DNA of 64,000 bases, from IMG/VR virus record IMGVR_UViG_2513237176_000002. The stretch is one strand, 5' to 3'. Shown piece by piece: positions 37,651 through 46,856 of the stretch (positions within the stretch are counted from its first letter, which is position 1; each line of letters starts with the position of its first letter). Below the pieces are notes generated by a model, which saw only the letters and a list, made by a program, of their open reading frames with translations, was not told the origin of the DNA and ran no database searches. This DNA is from a virus. Its lineage: Duplodnaviria; Caudoviricetes. A program made the position numbers and the translations under genes.

Positions 37651-37691
37651 GGCGCGGGCCGGCCACCCGTCCCAGAGACCGGCCCGCGGGT

Positions 37692-38252
37692 TCAGGATTT
37701 CTGCTGCTCGGCCAGCTTGATCAGGTCGGCCTTGTCCACGGACTGAACGTCCTCGTACCGGCTCCCGCGAGAGACCAGGTACTCGACCCACACCGCCTGG
37801 GACGCCCGGCCATCCGGGGCCTTGCCGCCGAGCTCGGCCAGCTTCGCCTTGGCGGCGGCCCGCTTGGCGTCCACCTCGCTGGCGTTCGACGCTTCCCGCG
37901 GCGACTCTGCGGCCTTGTCGATGCCACTCTCGGCGCGAACCGCAGAAGCCACCTCGGCCGACACGTCAGAGGCAGGCGTGCCCGGCTCCTGGGCCGGCTT
38001 GCCCTGAAGGCTCTCCGTCGTCACCGAGTCCAGGCCGCGGGCCGGGTCCTGCGGCACGGACGCGTTCGGGGCGATCGGCTCCTCACCCGGCTCCGCCACA
38101 AACCCGCCCTCGAGCAGGAACTCCAGCCGCTTCGGGTCCACGCCGTCGGGCAGGAACGCACCCTTGTACAGCAGGTGCGTGGCGGTGACTCCGCTGTGAT
38201 CGGTGACCGGCACGTGCGCGCACTCGGCGATCACCTGGTAGCGGGCGCCCAT
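37692..38252 (-). CDS. Post-capsid protein with C-terminal Rho-N/HeH-like motif
   Basis: P..RASQAVWVEYLV...KADLI; TGATG overlap. Confidence 0.7.
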   Translation of the reverse strand: MGARYQVIAECAHVPVTDHSGVTATHLLYKGAFLPDGVDPKRLEFLLEGGFVAEPGEEPIAPNASVPQDPARGLDSVTTESLQGKPAQEPGTPASDVSAEVASAVRAESGIDKAAESPREASNASEVDAKRAAAKAKLAELGGKAPDGRASQAVWVEYLVSRGSRYEDVQSVDKADLIKLAEQQKS

Positions 38253-39193
38253 CAGGCGGTCCCGGTGCCGGTCAGCTTCACACCGGCGAGCGGGTCGGTG
38301 ATGACCGGGACGGTGATGCGCCGGCCCCACATGTGCCACACGTCGCGTTCGGGCACCCGACGGGTCTGGACCTGGATGCCGTTCTCGGCGGTCGCGTAGC
38401 CGGGGTCGAGGTTCGCCTCATCGGCCATACCGCCGATCGCGCGGGAGTCGAACACCCACACGTCGTCGGTGCCGCCGGGCATGTTCGCGATCGGCGTGGT
38501 GAGCACCTTCAGGCCGGCGATCCGGTCGATGACACCGCCGTACACCGGGTTGTCGGTCGTCTCCCGCTTCCGCAGCGTGGCGATCTTGTCGTCGGACGCC
38601 AGGTACGCGTACTTCGCGTCGGTGATCAGGATCGTGTCTGCCCGGTAGCCCATCTCCCGGCCGGCGACCCGCGCCTTGCCCTTCTCGACGTCGAGGAGCA
38701 TCTTCGGCGTGGTGCCGGTCCAGTCCGACGCCGTCAGGGTGTCGGTGACCGCCGACGCGAACGCGGCAATCGCCAGCCGGTCGATCTTCTGGGTGACGGT
38801 GTTCGACAGCACCCGCAGCGCCCAGTCGACGGCGTTGCCCATCGGGATCGACCGCTTGATGCGCTCGTCGGTGAGCTCGGTCGCCTGACCCCACTTCGAC
38901 ACGGCGGCGAGGGCGGCCGTGCCGGACTGCGGCAGCGCCCGCGGGTACTCGCTGCCCGGACCGACTGCGGTGACGCTGCGGTTGGTGAACAGCGGCTGGT
39001 CGTTGATCTCGTACTGGACGGCGCCGCCGCTGGTACGGAACCGGGCCGGCAGCAGCTCGTCGGCGATGAACCCGATGTCATCGAGCGCCTTCAGGCGGCG
39101 CTCGATCAGTGCCGGGTTGGCGAGTAGCCGGTTGATGGTGAGCAGGTCACCCGACAGAGTTGCCGGGGCCGGCGGATAGGTCTGGAGAGGCAT
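38252..39193 (-). CDS. Major capsid protein (HK97 fold)
   Basis: 313 aa; VGPGSEYP, KWG, R..VPVITDP; position. Confidence 0.9.
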   Translation of the reverse strand: MPLQTYPPAPATLSGDLLTINRLLANPALIERRLKALDDIGFIADELLPARFRTSGGAVQYEINDQPLFTNRSVTAVGPGSEYPRALPQSGTAALAAVSKWGQATELTDERIKRSIPMGNAVDWALRVLSNTVTQKIDRLAIAAFASAVTDTLTASDWTGTTPKMLLDVEKGKARVAGREMGYRADTILITDAKYAYLASDDKIATLRKRETTDNPVYGGVIDRIAGLKVLTTPIANMPGGTDDVWVFDSRAIGGMADEANLDPGYATAENGIQVQTRRVPERDVWHMWGRRITVPVITDPLAGVKLTGTGTA

Positions 39194-39306
39194 CAGCCTG
39201 TCCCCTTTCGCCCTGCGTTGGGCATGAAAAACCCCGCACGCAGGGCGCCGGGGAAAGGTCTGGTGAGGTGGTGCTATTCAGTTGTGCCGGGCGGTCGGGA
39301 TGCTGG

Positions 39307-39666
39307 TCAGCACTCCATCCAGGTGACCAGGGCGCCGTCTGCGGCGGTGGTCATGGCGATGCCGATGTTGCCGAGCCCGGCCGCCGCCGAGGCGACGGTG
39401 CCGTTCGCGGCGGCGTTCACCCGCGCGGCGGCGGTGATCGCACCGGACGCGACGGAGATGTGGACCTGGCCGCGGCCGTGGTAGGTGACGTTCGTGCCGG
39501 ATCCGGCGTCGTGGGCGGCGGTGCCGACGACTGCGTTCGAGTCGGCGGCGGCGTGCGCGACGGTGCCGTTCCCGGACACCATCAGCTGCCGGCCGCCGGT
39601 GACGGCTCCTGAGGTGACGCCGGTGATCGCGTCACCGGGCATGTACAGCGGGGCGTAGTCAGCCAT
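39307..39666 (-). CDS. Capsid decoration/cement protein (DUF2190-like)
   Basis: VVGTAAHDA..G..V, ASGAITAA..V, IGIAMTTA. Confidence 0.8.
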   Translation of the reverse strand: MADYAPLYMPGDAITGVTSGAVTGGRQLMVSGNGTVAHAAADSNAVVGTAAHDAGSGTNVTYHGRGQVHISVASGAITAAARVNAAANGTVASAAAGLGNIGIAMTTAADGALVTWMEC

Positions 39667-41543
39667 CAGGCACCTGCCTTCTCGCCGAACAGGCGGGCGT
39701 ACTCGGCGTCGTCGAATGACGCGCCACCGGTCGGTTCCGGGCCGCCGGCCGTGCCGGACGCGGCGACCGGAACAGCGGTGCCGGGGGCGATGGACGCGAG
39801 AACGCGGGTGATCGCGCCGGGCGCCTCGTCGTAGTCGGTTTCCCACTGCGCCTTGTCAGCGGGCTTGATCTTGCCGTCCTTGACCGCAGCGTCGATCACA
39901 CTGGCCTTGACGGTGGCAGCCTGCTCGGCCTTCGCCGAGGCGAGCTCGTCCGACATCGTCTTCACCTGGGACGCCAGAACCTGGACTTCCTTGGCGAGCT
40001 CCGTCTTCTCCTGTTCGGCCTTCTGCGCCTTCTCGGTAGCGGCAGCCGACGCGGCAACCATCTCCGGCGTCGGTTCGGGGGTGATGTTCTCGGCCTCGGT
40101 CAGCCGCGCCGCGTACGCCGTGAGCACGGCATCCTGGTCGGCGTCGTCGGACAGGCCGAGCCGCGAGCGGTGTGCGCTCAGATCGGTGGTGGACACAGGG
40201 TCCTCCTCCTTCGGTTCGGGGTTAACGTGCTCCGGCTCGGCGGCCGGGAGAATGGGCGCCGGATCGTCCGGCGAGGGAGCGGCGGGCTCGGATGCTTTGA
40301 CCTTCTGGTTCGGCGTGTGCCCGAAGTGCTCGCGGTACCAGTCGGAGGCGATCCGTTTCGCTTTGCCGGGGTTCCCGACGTGCTTGGCGATCAGCCGGTA
40401 CAGGGTGGTCCACGGATGCTTCGCGCCCGCCCACCGCTTCAGGCCTTCACCCAGCCAGTACCGCTTCAACTGGTCGTCGTCACCGGCCGCTGCGGCGACG
40501 GGCTCGCTGTCGAGGTCGTCGGGTTCGCTGATCAGCGGGATGTCGACGCGTTCGCCGGCGAACGCCAGCCGCAGCCGGTCGAACCGGACCGGGCCGACCT
40601 TCTCTGCCAGCTTCCCGACCTGGGTCAGGTCGCTGGTGTAGGCGGCTGTCATGTGGGCGTGCCACGGCCGGTGCTGTTCGGGCATCGGCACCGACCACAG
40701 CGCCTCGGACACGAGGGTGTGGACGGCGTCGAGGAGGTCACCGGACAGGCCCCATACGAGGCAGGTGTCCCGGTCGGGTTCCGCATTGCCGGGGTTGAAC
40801 ACGTTGACCGAGAACAGGTCGGCGCCGATGACGGGCAGCCCGTTCGCGGCGGTGGATACCGCGTCGATGACGTCCTGCTGGCCCTGCACACCGAGGTCGG
40901 CGGCCTCACCGAGGTAGGCGAGGGTGACGTGCAAGGCGTCAGCGGGTTCGCCGCCGTTGACGGCGATCCGTTCGGCGTCCTCAGCGGTGGGGATCAGGGC
41001 GACCATCGCGCCCGTGTGCTCGACGGCCTCGGCGGCGAGGATCGTGACCTGCACATGCTCCGCGCCGTCCGGAACCACAGCATCGGCGGCGGCAACACCG
41101 AGCATCGCAGGTAGGTCGTTGAGCCGGCGGATCGTCTTCACCGCGGGCGGGGTGACGCCGAGCAGTGCCACGGCGGTCAGGACGAACTTGTGCTTGTGGC
41201 CGCTTCCGCAGGTGTGGTTGTAGTTGCCCTCGATCGACCGGGACGGGTAGGCGGCGGCCTGCACAGAATGCAGCCACGGCAGGGTCACCTGGTCGCCGAC
41301 GAGGGTGTGGCCGCCGTCGGTGAGGCGAAGGTTCTCGAAGTAGCCCATCGCCGGTTCGCCGTCGAAACGCTTGTCGATGTGGCCGAGCTTGATGACAGGC
41401 TTCTCGACAGCGGGGCAGGACTGTGCTTCGACGGCGGCGGCCAGATCTTCAGGTGTCGGGTTCCACGACCCGGACATGGTGGCCCAGTTGCCGGTCTTGA
41501 CCAGTTCAACGCCTTCACGGCGGGCGAGTTCGATATCAGGCAT
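39666..41543 (-). CDS. Mu gpI-like head maturation protease/scaffold with inserted 2H phosphoesterase
   Basis: IKLGH, EPAMG, YPSRSIE, LTAVALLGVTPPAV protease; HVT/HMT motifs; scaffold IDAAVKDGKI.PA; internal AAGGAGGAGG+GTG at 40196. Confidence 0.85.
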   Translation of the reverse strand: MPDIELARREGVELVKTGNWATMSGSWNPTPEDLAAAVEAQSCPAVEKPVIKLGHIDKRFDGEPAMGYFENLRLTDGGHTLVGDQVTLPWLHSVQAAAYPSRSIEGNYNHTCGSGHKHKFVLTAVALLGVTPPAVKTIRRLNDLPAMLGVAAADAVVPDGAEHVQVTILAAEAVEHTGAMVALIPTAEDAERIAVNGGEPADALHVTLAYLGEAADLGVQGQQDVIDAVSTAANGLPVIGADLFSVNVFNPGNAEPDRDTCLVWGLSGDLLDAVHTLVSEALWSVPMPEQHRPWHAHMTAAYTSDLTQVGKLAEKVGPVRFDRLRLAFAGERVDIPLISEPDDLDSEPVAAAAGDDDQLKRYWLGEGLKRWAGAKHPWTTLYRLIAKHVGNPGKAKRIASDWYREHFGHTPNQKVKASEPAAPSPDDPAPILPAAEPEHVNPEPKEEDPVSTTDLSAHRSRLGLSDDADQDAVLTAYAARLTEAENITPEPTPEMVAASAAATEKAQKAEQEKTELAKEVQVLASQVKTMSDELASAKAEQAATVKASVIDAAVKDGKIKPADKAQWETDYDEAPGAITRVLASIAPGTAVPVAASGTAGGPEPTGGASFDDAEYARLFGEKAGA

Positions 41544-41554
41544 CGCTCACCGCC

Positions 41555-41833
41555 TCAGACCCGTTCCGGCCAGTGCCACGTGCCACCCGGCCAATTGCCG
41601 GGCCCGGCCTCGTTGTTCGCGCCGCCACCCTCGCCGGTGTAGTAGCAGTCCTGGTTGAGGAAAACACCCGTCGGGTTCATCACGAACAGATCGACCGTTG
41701 TGTCGTTCTTGACGGCGGTGATGACCGCCGCGCGGCACTCCGACTTGAACGCCTGGGTCCCATCCGGGCGGACAGGGCTGCCGTGGGAAACGTAGTGCAC
41801 AATGCGGCCGACGCTGGGCTTCTGGAACTCCAC
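41555..41833 (-). CDS. Conserved phage hypothetical protein
   Basis: PSVGRIVHY...RAAVIT...GTWHWPERV; AAAGGAGG RBS. Confidence 0.8.
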   Translation of the reverse strand: MEFQKPSVGRIVHYVSHGSPVRPDGTQAFKSECRAAVITAVKNDTTVDLFVMNPTGVFLNQDCYYTGEGGGANNEAGPGNWPGGTWHWPERV

Positions 41834-41873
41834 ACCGGCCTCCTTTCGGAAGTCGGGTCGTGGTGTACCGGCT

Positions 41874-41955
41874 AAAGTCGGCGTGAAGTGGAAGCACGCC
41901 CGCTGAACCACAGGGCGGGAGGTCCGGTTCGAGTCCGCCTCCGCGTGCGGCTTTC
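41874..41955 (+). ncRNA. tRNA-like cloverleaf (non-canonical or pseudo-tRNA)
   Basis: AAAGTCG/CGGCTTT acceptor, GTG-AAGTGGAAG-CAC D arm, CCCGC/GCGGG stem, GGTTCGAGTCC T loop. Confidence 0.45.
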
Positions 41956-42004
41956 TAGGAGTGGTGTAACCCGGTCGGCTTGCCGCAGCGCTGGCCGGGG
42001 CTTC

Positions 42005-44098
42005 TCACCACACGGGTTGCACAAAGCCTCTGCAACGGCCTCGTCCGTCGCAGGCGCGGAACGAACCGCCGCCCGGATAGTCGACAAGCGCATCCCGCAA
42101 GGTCACGTACGACTGCTTGCTCACTTCCCGGCAGGGGCTGCAGGTCGCTCGGTCCAGGGTTTCGTTCGAGCGGTAGGACCGGGCTGGATGTTCTTCAAGG
42201 ACAGCCAGGCGGCCAGCAAACTGGCCGGCCGATAGCAGCGAGCCGATGTTGTCGCCGACCAGCCCATTCACCGACGTACCGAGCTCGGTGAGGTGCCGTT
42301 CAACTTCGTCCCGTACCTCCTGCGGGCCGACGCCGGCGAGCTGCAGCCCGGTTCGGGCGGCTCCGGACGCGTACCCGGCGGCGATGATCCGGGCAACCGC
42401 GTCCGCGTGCTGAACGACGCGGTCCGCGCCGGGCTGGTCCGGTGCGGTGATGTCGGTGCCCTGCGCGGCGGCTTCCGCCACCACCCCTGCGGCGGCGTCC
42501 GCGGCGAGGTCGGTGCCCGACTTGCGCAGCGGCACCGCAAGCGCGGCGACCACACCTGCTGAAACCTGCAGTTGGCCGAGCAGCGCCAGGTCCCCGACGT
42601 CGACAGCCGCACGCGCCTGATCGGCCAGCTCGGCAACCATCGGTGCGGCGAGTTTCGGCCAGCGCCGCAACAGGCGAGCCTTGACCGCATCCCACTGCTG
42701 CTGGATGCGGGCCGCCGCGTCTTCGTCGTCACCGAACAGGGACGGCTGGTTCTGCTTCCGCCGACGCGGCGACCGGGGCCGGGCCGCAGCAGCAACCTTG
42801 CCGACGTCGGATTCCAGCTCAGGATTGTCGTCCTTCGGCAGGTCCACACCCGGCGCCGTGGCCTTCGGTTTCGCCATGCCCTCGCGTTCCGGGAGCCGCC
42901 ACTCGCGGCGGATCCACGCCTCAAGGGCAGGGTCCGCCGCGAGCCCCCCGGAGGCAAGCAGCATCTGCAGCGCTTCGGCCGTGACTTCCCGGCGGGAGCC
43001 GACGCCGGACACCACGATGCGGGGGACGGGTTCGTCTTCGCCCCAATTCCAGTCGACGATCCGCGCGGCGATCTGCCGGGTGGCGACGTCGGCAACGAAC
43101 TCGGCCTCAGCTTCGAGGGCGAGGAGCAGGGCGTCGACGAACACACTGGCGGTGGCGCGGGAGCCGTGCGGGGTTTCGCCGAGCTCGAACGCGTTCATCA
43201 ACGCCGACGCGGCGCACTGCTGATCGAGCCAGCGCAGGAACTCCTGCGTAGGTGGCAGGCTGCCGGTGATCCCGAGGATTTTCATGACGAAGCCGGGCGG
43301 GGTCGCAGCACCGGCGGAGATGCCGGCGCGGGCGGCCTGCGCAACTTCGGCGGCCTCACCCATCTGCGCCTGCGTCGGGTTCGTGCCGGGCAGCGCTTCG
43401 AGGACGGGGACGCCGGCGGACCAGCGGACGTTGGCGACGGCGAACGCCCGCCGAACCTCCTCCTTGATCAGCCACGAAGCATATGAAGGACGAAGGAGGG
43501 ACGTGCCCGCCCAGTTCGAGCCCTCACGCTCACGCGCGTACCAGGCCAGGTTATTCGCCGGCATCTGCGGCGTGTGCAGGTTCGCCAGGCCGTCCTGGGT
43601 GGCGCCGGTCAGCAGGCCGGTTTTCCCGTCGGTGTGGATGTGGGAGATCGTCCACTGCGGGCGCTCCCACAACCCGGCCAGCCGCGCCGTACCGTCCGAC
43701 ACGTCGGCTTCGAGTTCGAACGCGGAGAACCCGAACGGCACCATGCGGAACACCGACCGCAAGTGGTCACCCCACGACACCCCGCGCAAACGGGCAGGAC
43801 CGGGCGTCTCGTCCCGGCCCTTGATAGGCAGGCCGAGGCCGTCAGCGACCGCCGCGACCACCGGGGGGCGGCAGCCCGCCGGGTCCAGCTGCCACTGGGC
43901 GCGCAGCAGGTTCAGAATCCATCCCTGCTGAATGCTGGACAGCTTCGGGTCGCGGCGCATCTTCGAATACACCGGGATGCTCAGCGGGAACGTCAGATCC
44001 GGGACGTGCTCGAGAACGTCCAGGTACAGCGACGCGTAGCTGTCGTTGCCGAGGCGGTACGGGTCGACGTAGCCACGCGTGCTGGTCGGGGCGGTCAC
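42005..44098 (-). CDS. Portal (DUF935/Mu gp29-like) fused to MuF-like domain
   Basis: FGFSAFE, GTSLLRP.Y..W..K, GSRA, NWG; C-terminal CSPC...CDGRGRCRG. Confidence 0.85.
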   Translation of the reverse strand: MTAPTSTRGYVDPYRLGNDSYASLYLDVLEHVPDLTFPLSIPVYSKMRRDPKLSSIQQGWILNLLRAQWQLDPAGCRPPVVAAVADGLGLPIKGRDETPGPARLRGVSWGDHLRSVFRMVPFGFSAFELEADVSDGTARLAGLWERPQWTISHIHTDGKTGLLTGATQDGLANLHTPQMPANNLAWYAREREGSNWAGTSLLRPSYASWLIKEEVRRAFAVANVRWSAGVPVLEALPGTNPTQAQMGEAAEVAQAARAGISAGAATPPGFVMKILGITGSLPPTQEFLRWLDQQCAASALMNAFELGETPHGSRATASVFVDALLLALEAEAEFVADVATRQIAARIVDWNWGEDEPVPRIVVSGVGSRREVTAEALQMLLASGGLAADPALEAWIRREWRLPEREGMAKPKATAPGVDLPKDDNPELESDVGKVAAAARPRSPRRRKQNQPSLFGDDEDAAARIQQQWDAVKARLLRRWPKLAAPMVAELADQARAAVDVGDLALLGQLQVSAGVVAALAVPLRKSGTDLAADAAAGVVAEAAAQGTDITAPDQPGADRVVQHADAVARIIAAGYASGAARTGLQLAGVGPQEVRDEVERHLTELGTSVNGLVGDNIGSLLSAGQFAGRLAVLEEHPARSYRSNETLDRATCSPCREVSKQSYVTLRDALVDYPGGGSFRACDGRGRCRGFVQPVW

Positions 44099-44114
44099 GG
44101 GACCACCACCTCAA

Positions 44115-45404
44115 TCACATCGCCGCGCTCATCAGATCAACTTCACCGGGCGCTTGCACGCGGCGGGGGTACTGGATGCCGTTCGGCCGGCGCCACGCGC
44201 CCTCAGTCGTCCGCACGATGTACCTCAGCGCATCCACGCTGTGATCCGCATCCTTGATCGGGGCATCCACGCCCTGCTTGGCGAGCTTCGGATCCCACGA
44301 ATACGACGGCAACTCGTCCAGCAGCGCCTTACACGAACGGTGCACCCGCAACTTGCCGGCCGCCATCACCGACGACACCGTGCGGATCCCATCGAGCACC
44401 GCGTTGTCGGCCGGTGTGGGGGAGATGCCGTCGCGCTGCAACTGCTGCATGAACGAAGCCGCCGACGGGTCCACAACCACCGACTCGGGCTGCACACCGC
44501 ACCCGGCAAGCCAGGTACGCAGCCGCAGCGAATACTCCGCGTCGGTCAACTGGCGCAAGGTCAGCTTCGCGTCGTACCGGAACTCCGACGCCACGTACAG
44601 GGTTTGCGAGGCGTCCATGCCGACCAGCAGCGCCGAGAACGCGTTCGACGTGCCGTAGTCGATACCGACACCGAGCCACCGCCAGATCGGCGGGACCTCG
44701 TCGATGACGTACCGGTCGGCGTCCCACATGTCGTAGATGGCGCCTTCGGCCATGCACCACTCGCCGAGCACGAACCGCCGGTAGAAGACTCCGACGTTCT
44801 CGGCTTTGATCGCCGCCACGTACTCCGGGGTGAGGGCCGGGTTGTCGTCGAGGGTGAAGTGGAAGTGCGCCAGGTCCAGTTCGCCGGCGCGGAGGATGAA
44901 GTTCTTCCGCAGCCAGTGGCCGGGCCCGTCCGGGTTCGTCGTCAGCAAAGCTTTCGCACCTGGCACCGACAGGCGGGCCAGCATCTGCGAGAAGAAGCCC
45001 TCCGGCACCAGGGTCGCCTCATCAAGCAACGCCAGGCAGGCCGTGAGGCCACGCAGCCGACCCTCCGCGCGGGCATCCGACGCACCGATCAGATGCACGG
45101 TGCGGCCGAGGATGGTTGCGGTGGGCGCGCCGCGGGTGTGATGCACGTGGTCGGCGATCGGCCCGAACAGCGCCGGGTCCTGCATCGGTTCGAGAATGTT
45201 GCGTTCGATCGTCTGCAGCGTGCGCCCGCAAATCAGCACCAGCCCTGTCTGCGGCGCCCGCGACAGGTGGATCAGGAACGCCACCAGCGACCCGATGGTC
45301 TTCCCGCTGCGCACCGCACCCGACCACAGGGTCACGCGGGCATCAAACGACGCGGCGATCGACAGCACCTGCTTGCGGGACATCGGCAGGTGGTCGAGAT
45401 TCAC
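44115..45404 (-). CDS. terL: Terminase large subunit
   Basis: GAVRSGKT, LLDEA, TTNP, GIDYG, VDPSA, DHSVDALRY. Confidence 0.95.
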   Translation of the reverse strand: MNLDHLPMSRKQVLSIAASFDARVTLWSGAVRSGKTIGSLVAFLIHLSRAPQTGLVLICGRTLQTIERNILEPMQDPALFGPIADHVHHTRGAPTATILGRTVHLIGASDARAEGRLRGLTACLALLDEATLVPEGFFSQMLARLSVPGAKALLTTNPDGPGHWLRKNFILRAGELDLAHFHFTLDDNPALTPEYVAAIKAENVGVFYRRFVLGEWCMAEGAIYDMWDADRYVIDEVPPIWRWLGVGIDYGTSNAFSALLVGMDASQTLYVASEFRYDAKLTLRQLTDAEYSLRLRTWLAGCGVQPESVVVDPSAASFMQQLQRDGISPTPADNAVLDGIRTVSSVMAAGKLRVHRSCKALLDELPSYSWDPKLAKQGVDAPIKDADHSVDALRYIVRTTEGAWRRPNGIQYPRRVQAPGEVDLMSAAM

Positions 45405-45898
45405 TGGCTCGCTTCCCGCGCGGCCTGCCCGATCGCCTCCGCCAGATCACCCAGCATCGAGCGGGCGCCCTCGTCGCCGCGGTCGGCGTCCAACTTCTCA
45501 AGTTCAGCGTGCCGCTGCAGGCTGATACCGATCGCCACGTACGCCTCTTTCGCCTCCTTCAGCGGAGGCAGGTCAAGGGTGACGAGTTCGGGGCCGTCGC
45601 TGCCGCGCTCGTAGTACGTGTACTTCGACCAGGCGCGTTCCCGGAAACGGGCCACGTCGTCGAGCAGGTCAGAAGCGATCTGCGCCCGCCGGGAGCGGTT
45701 GTCCGCTACGACCGCACGGGTGGCGTTTTCGGTCTGTGTCCGGGAGAACGCGTCCTTGATGCCGGCTTCGTTGGCGAGTTTGCCGACGGTGGGGGCGCTT
45801 ACGCCGTGGTCTCGGCCGATCTGGGCGCGGCTCTTGGTGCCGGCTTTGATGTCGGCGAGGATCGCGGCGCGTTTATCGTCGGGGATGCGGGGCGGCAC
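45401..45898 (-). CDS. terS: Terminase small subunit (HTH)
   Basis: N-terminal HTH; GTGA overlap with terL. Confidence 0.8.
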   Translation of the reverse strand: MPPRIPDDKRAAILADIKAGTKSRAQIGRDHGVSAPTVGKLANEAGIKDAFSRTQTENATRAVVADNRSRRAQIASDLLDDVARFRERAWSKYTYYERGSDGPELVTLDLPPLKEAKEAYVAIGISLQRHAELEKLDADRGDEGARSMLGDLAEAIGQAAREASQ

Positions 45899-46019
45899 AC
45901 ATTCACCCCGCATATCTACGCAGTGTTACTGGCGGATGGTGTCGGCCCGAGGATCTCGGCTCTTCGGTGACTGTGTGTTGCTGGGGTGGCCCGCAGGTTG
46001 GGGTCTGCGGGCCACGTTC

Positions 46020-46304
46020 TCAGCGGCCGGCCTCGTCCTCGACAGGTTCGGTCGGCACGTCGGAGCCGTCGGCGTCACCGACCTGCGCGTCGGCGTCCGC
46101 AACAGCCTGCTTCAGCTCGTCGAACACGGTCTGCGCGTCCGGGGTCAGGTTGCCCTGAGCGGCGGCGAGCTGGTCGAGCTTGGCGTTGACGTCGTCCCGG
46201 AAGTCGACGAACGCGTTCTTCAGTTCGGTGAGCTGCTCTGCGGCGGTAGCCATGGTGTCCTCCAGGTTGGTGATGCCGAGGTATCGGCGAATCCGGGTGC
46301 GCAT
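46020..46304 (-). CDS. Small acidic coiled-coil protein
   Basis: GGGAGG RBS; second start at MATAAEQL. Confidence 0.7.
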   Translation of the reverse strand: MRTRIRRYLGITNLEDTMATAAEQLTELKNAFVDFRDDVNAKLDQLAAAQGNLTPDAQTVFDELKQAVADADAQVGDADGSDVPTEPVEDEAGR

Positions 46305-46313
46305 GCGGCCTCC

Positions 46314-46517
46314 CTATGCGGGGCCGGTGTGGTCGGTGACGAGCCGGCAGATCAGGGCGCGCAGGTCCCGCGACAGTGACAGCGGAGCCCAGTGAGAATT
46401 CCCGTTGATCACAAGATGTCCGCGGTCGCACACGTCGGCGCCGCGCAGCAGGTACGCGTCGGCGAGCCAGTCCAGGCTGAACGGCATCTCGTCCGGGTCA
46501 GCCGGGATCACCGTCAC
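46314..46517 (-). CDS. Hypothetical protein (67 aa)
   Basis: GTG start overlapping upstream gene. Confidence 0.5.
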   Translation of the reverse strand: MTVIPADPDEMPFSLDWLADAYLLRGADVCDRGHLVINGNSHWAPLSLSRDLRALICRLVTDHTGPA

Positions 46518-46740
46518 CTCGCTGCTGCAGGAGTTGTTCGATGCGGTCGAGGCGGTCACAGACGTTGTGGTCGTCTCCGGCTTCGGCGGCCTCTGCGGCA
46601 CCCCAGGATGTCCAGGCTTGGGTGGCGAGGCTGAGCAGGATCACGAAGAGGACACTGTCGGACCACCACAGCAGTGCGGGGATCGCAAGTAGGACGCAGG
46701 CGGCGGTGGCGCTGCGGTGGATCCACACTCGGCGGCGCAT
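46498..46740 (-). CDS. Small 2-TM protein
   Basis: LLWWSDSVLFVILLSL. Confidence 0.65.
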   Translation of the reverse strand: MRRRVWIHRSATAACVLLAIPALLWWSDSVLFVILLSLATQAWTSWGAAEAAEAGDDHNVCDRLDRIEQLLQQRGDGDPG

Positions 46741-46765
46741 CCCGGCTCCGTTCCCCGGACATGCG

Positions 46766-46800
46766 AAAAGCCCGCCGAACCGGGAAGGCTCTGGCGGGCT
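46766..46800 (-). terminator. Intrinsic terminator at early/late boundary
   Basis: AGCCCGCC...GGCGGGCT TTT on minus strand. Confidence 0.7.
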
Positions 46801-46856
46801 GTGAAGACAGTGGTGCTGGCTGTATGCATACCAGCCGGGACAGGTCGCGGCAAGTT

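Noticed and set aside
41874-41955. Canonical functional tRNA with an assignable anticodon
   Set aside because: 11-nt anticodon loop, imperfect T stem, extra 3' bases and no CCA; kept only as tRNA-like
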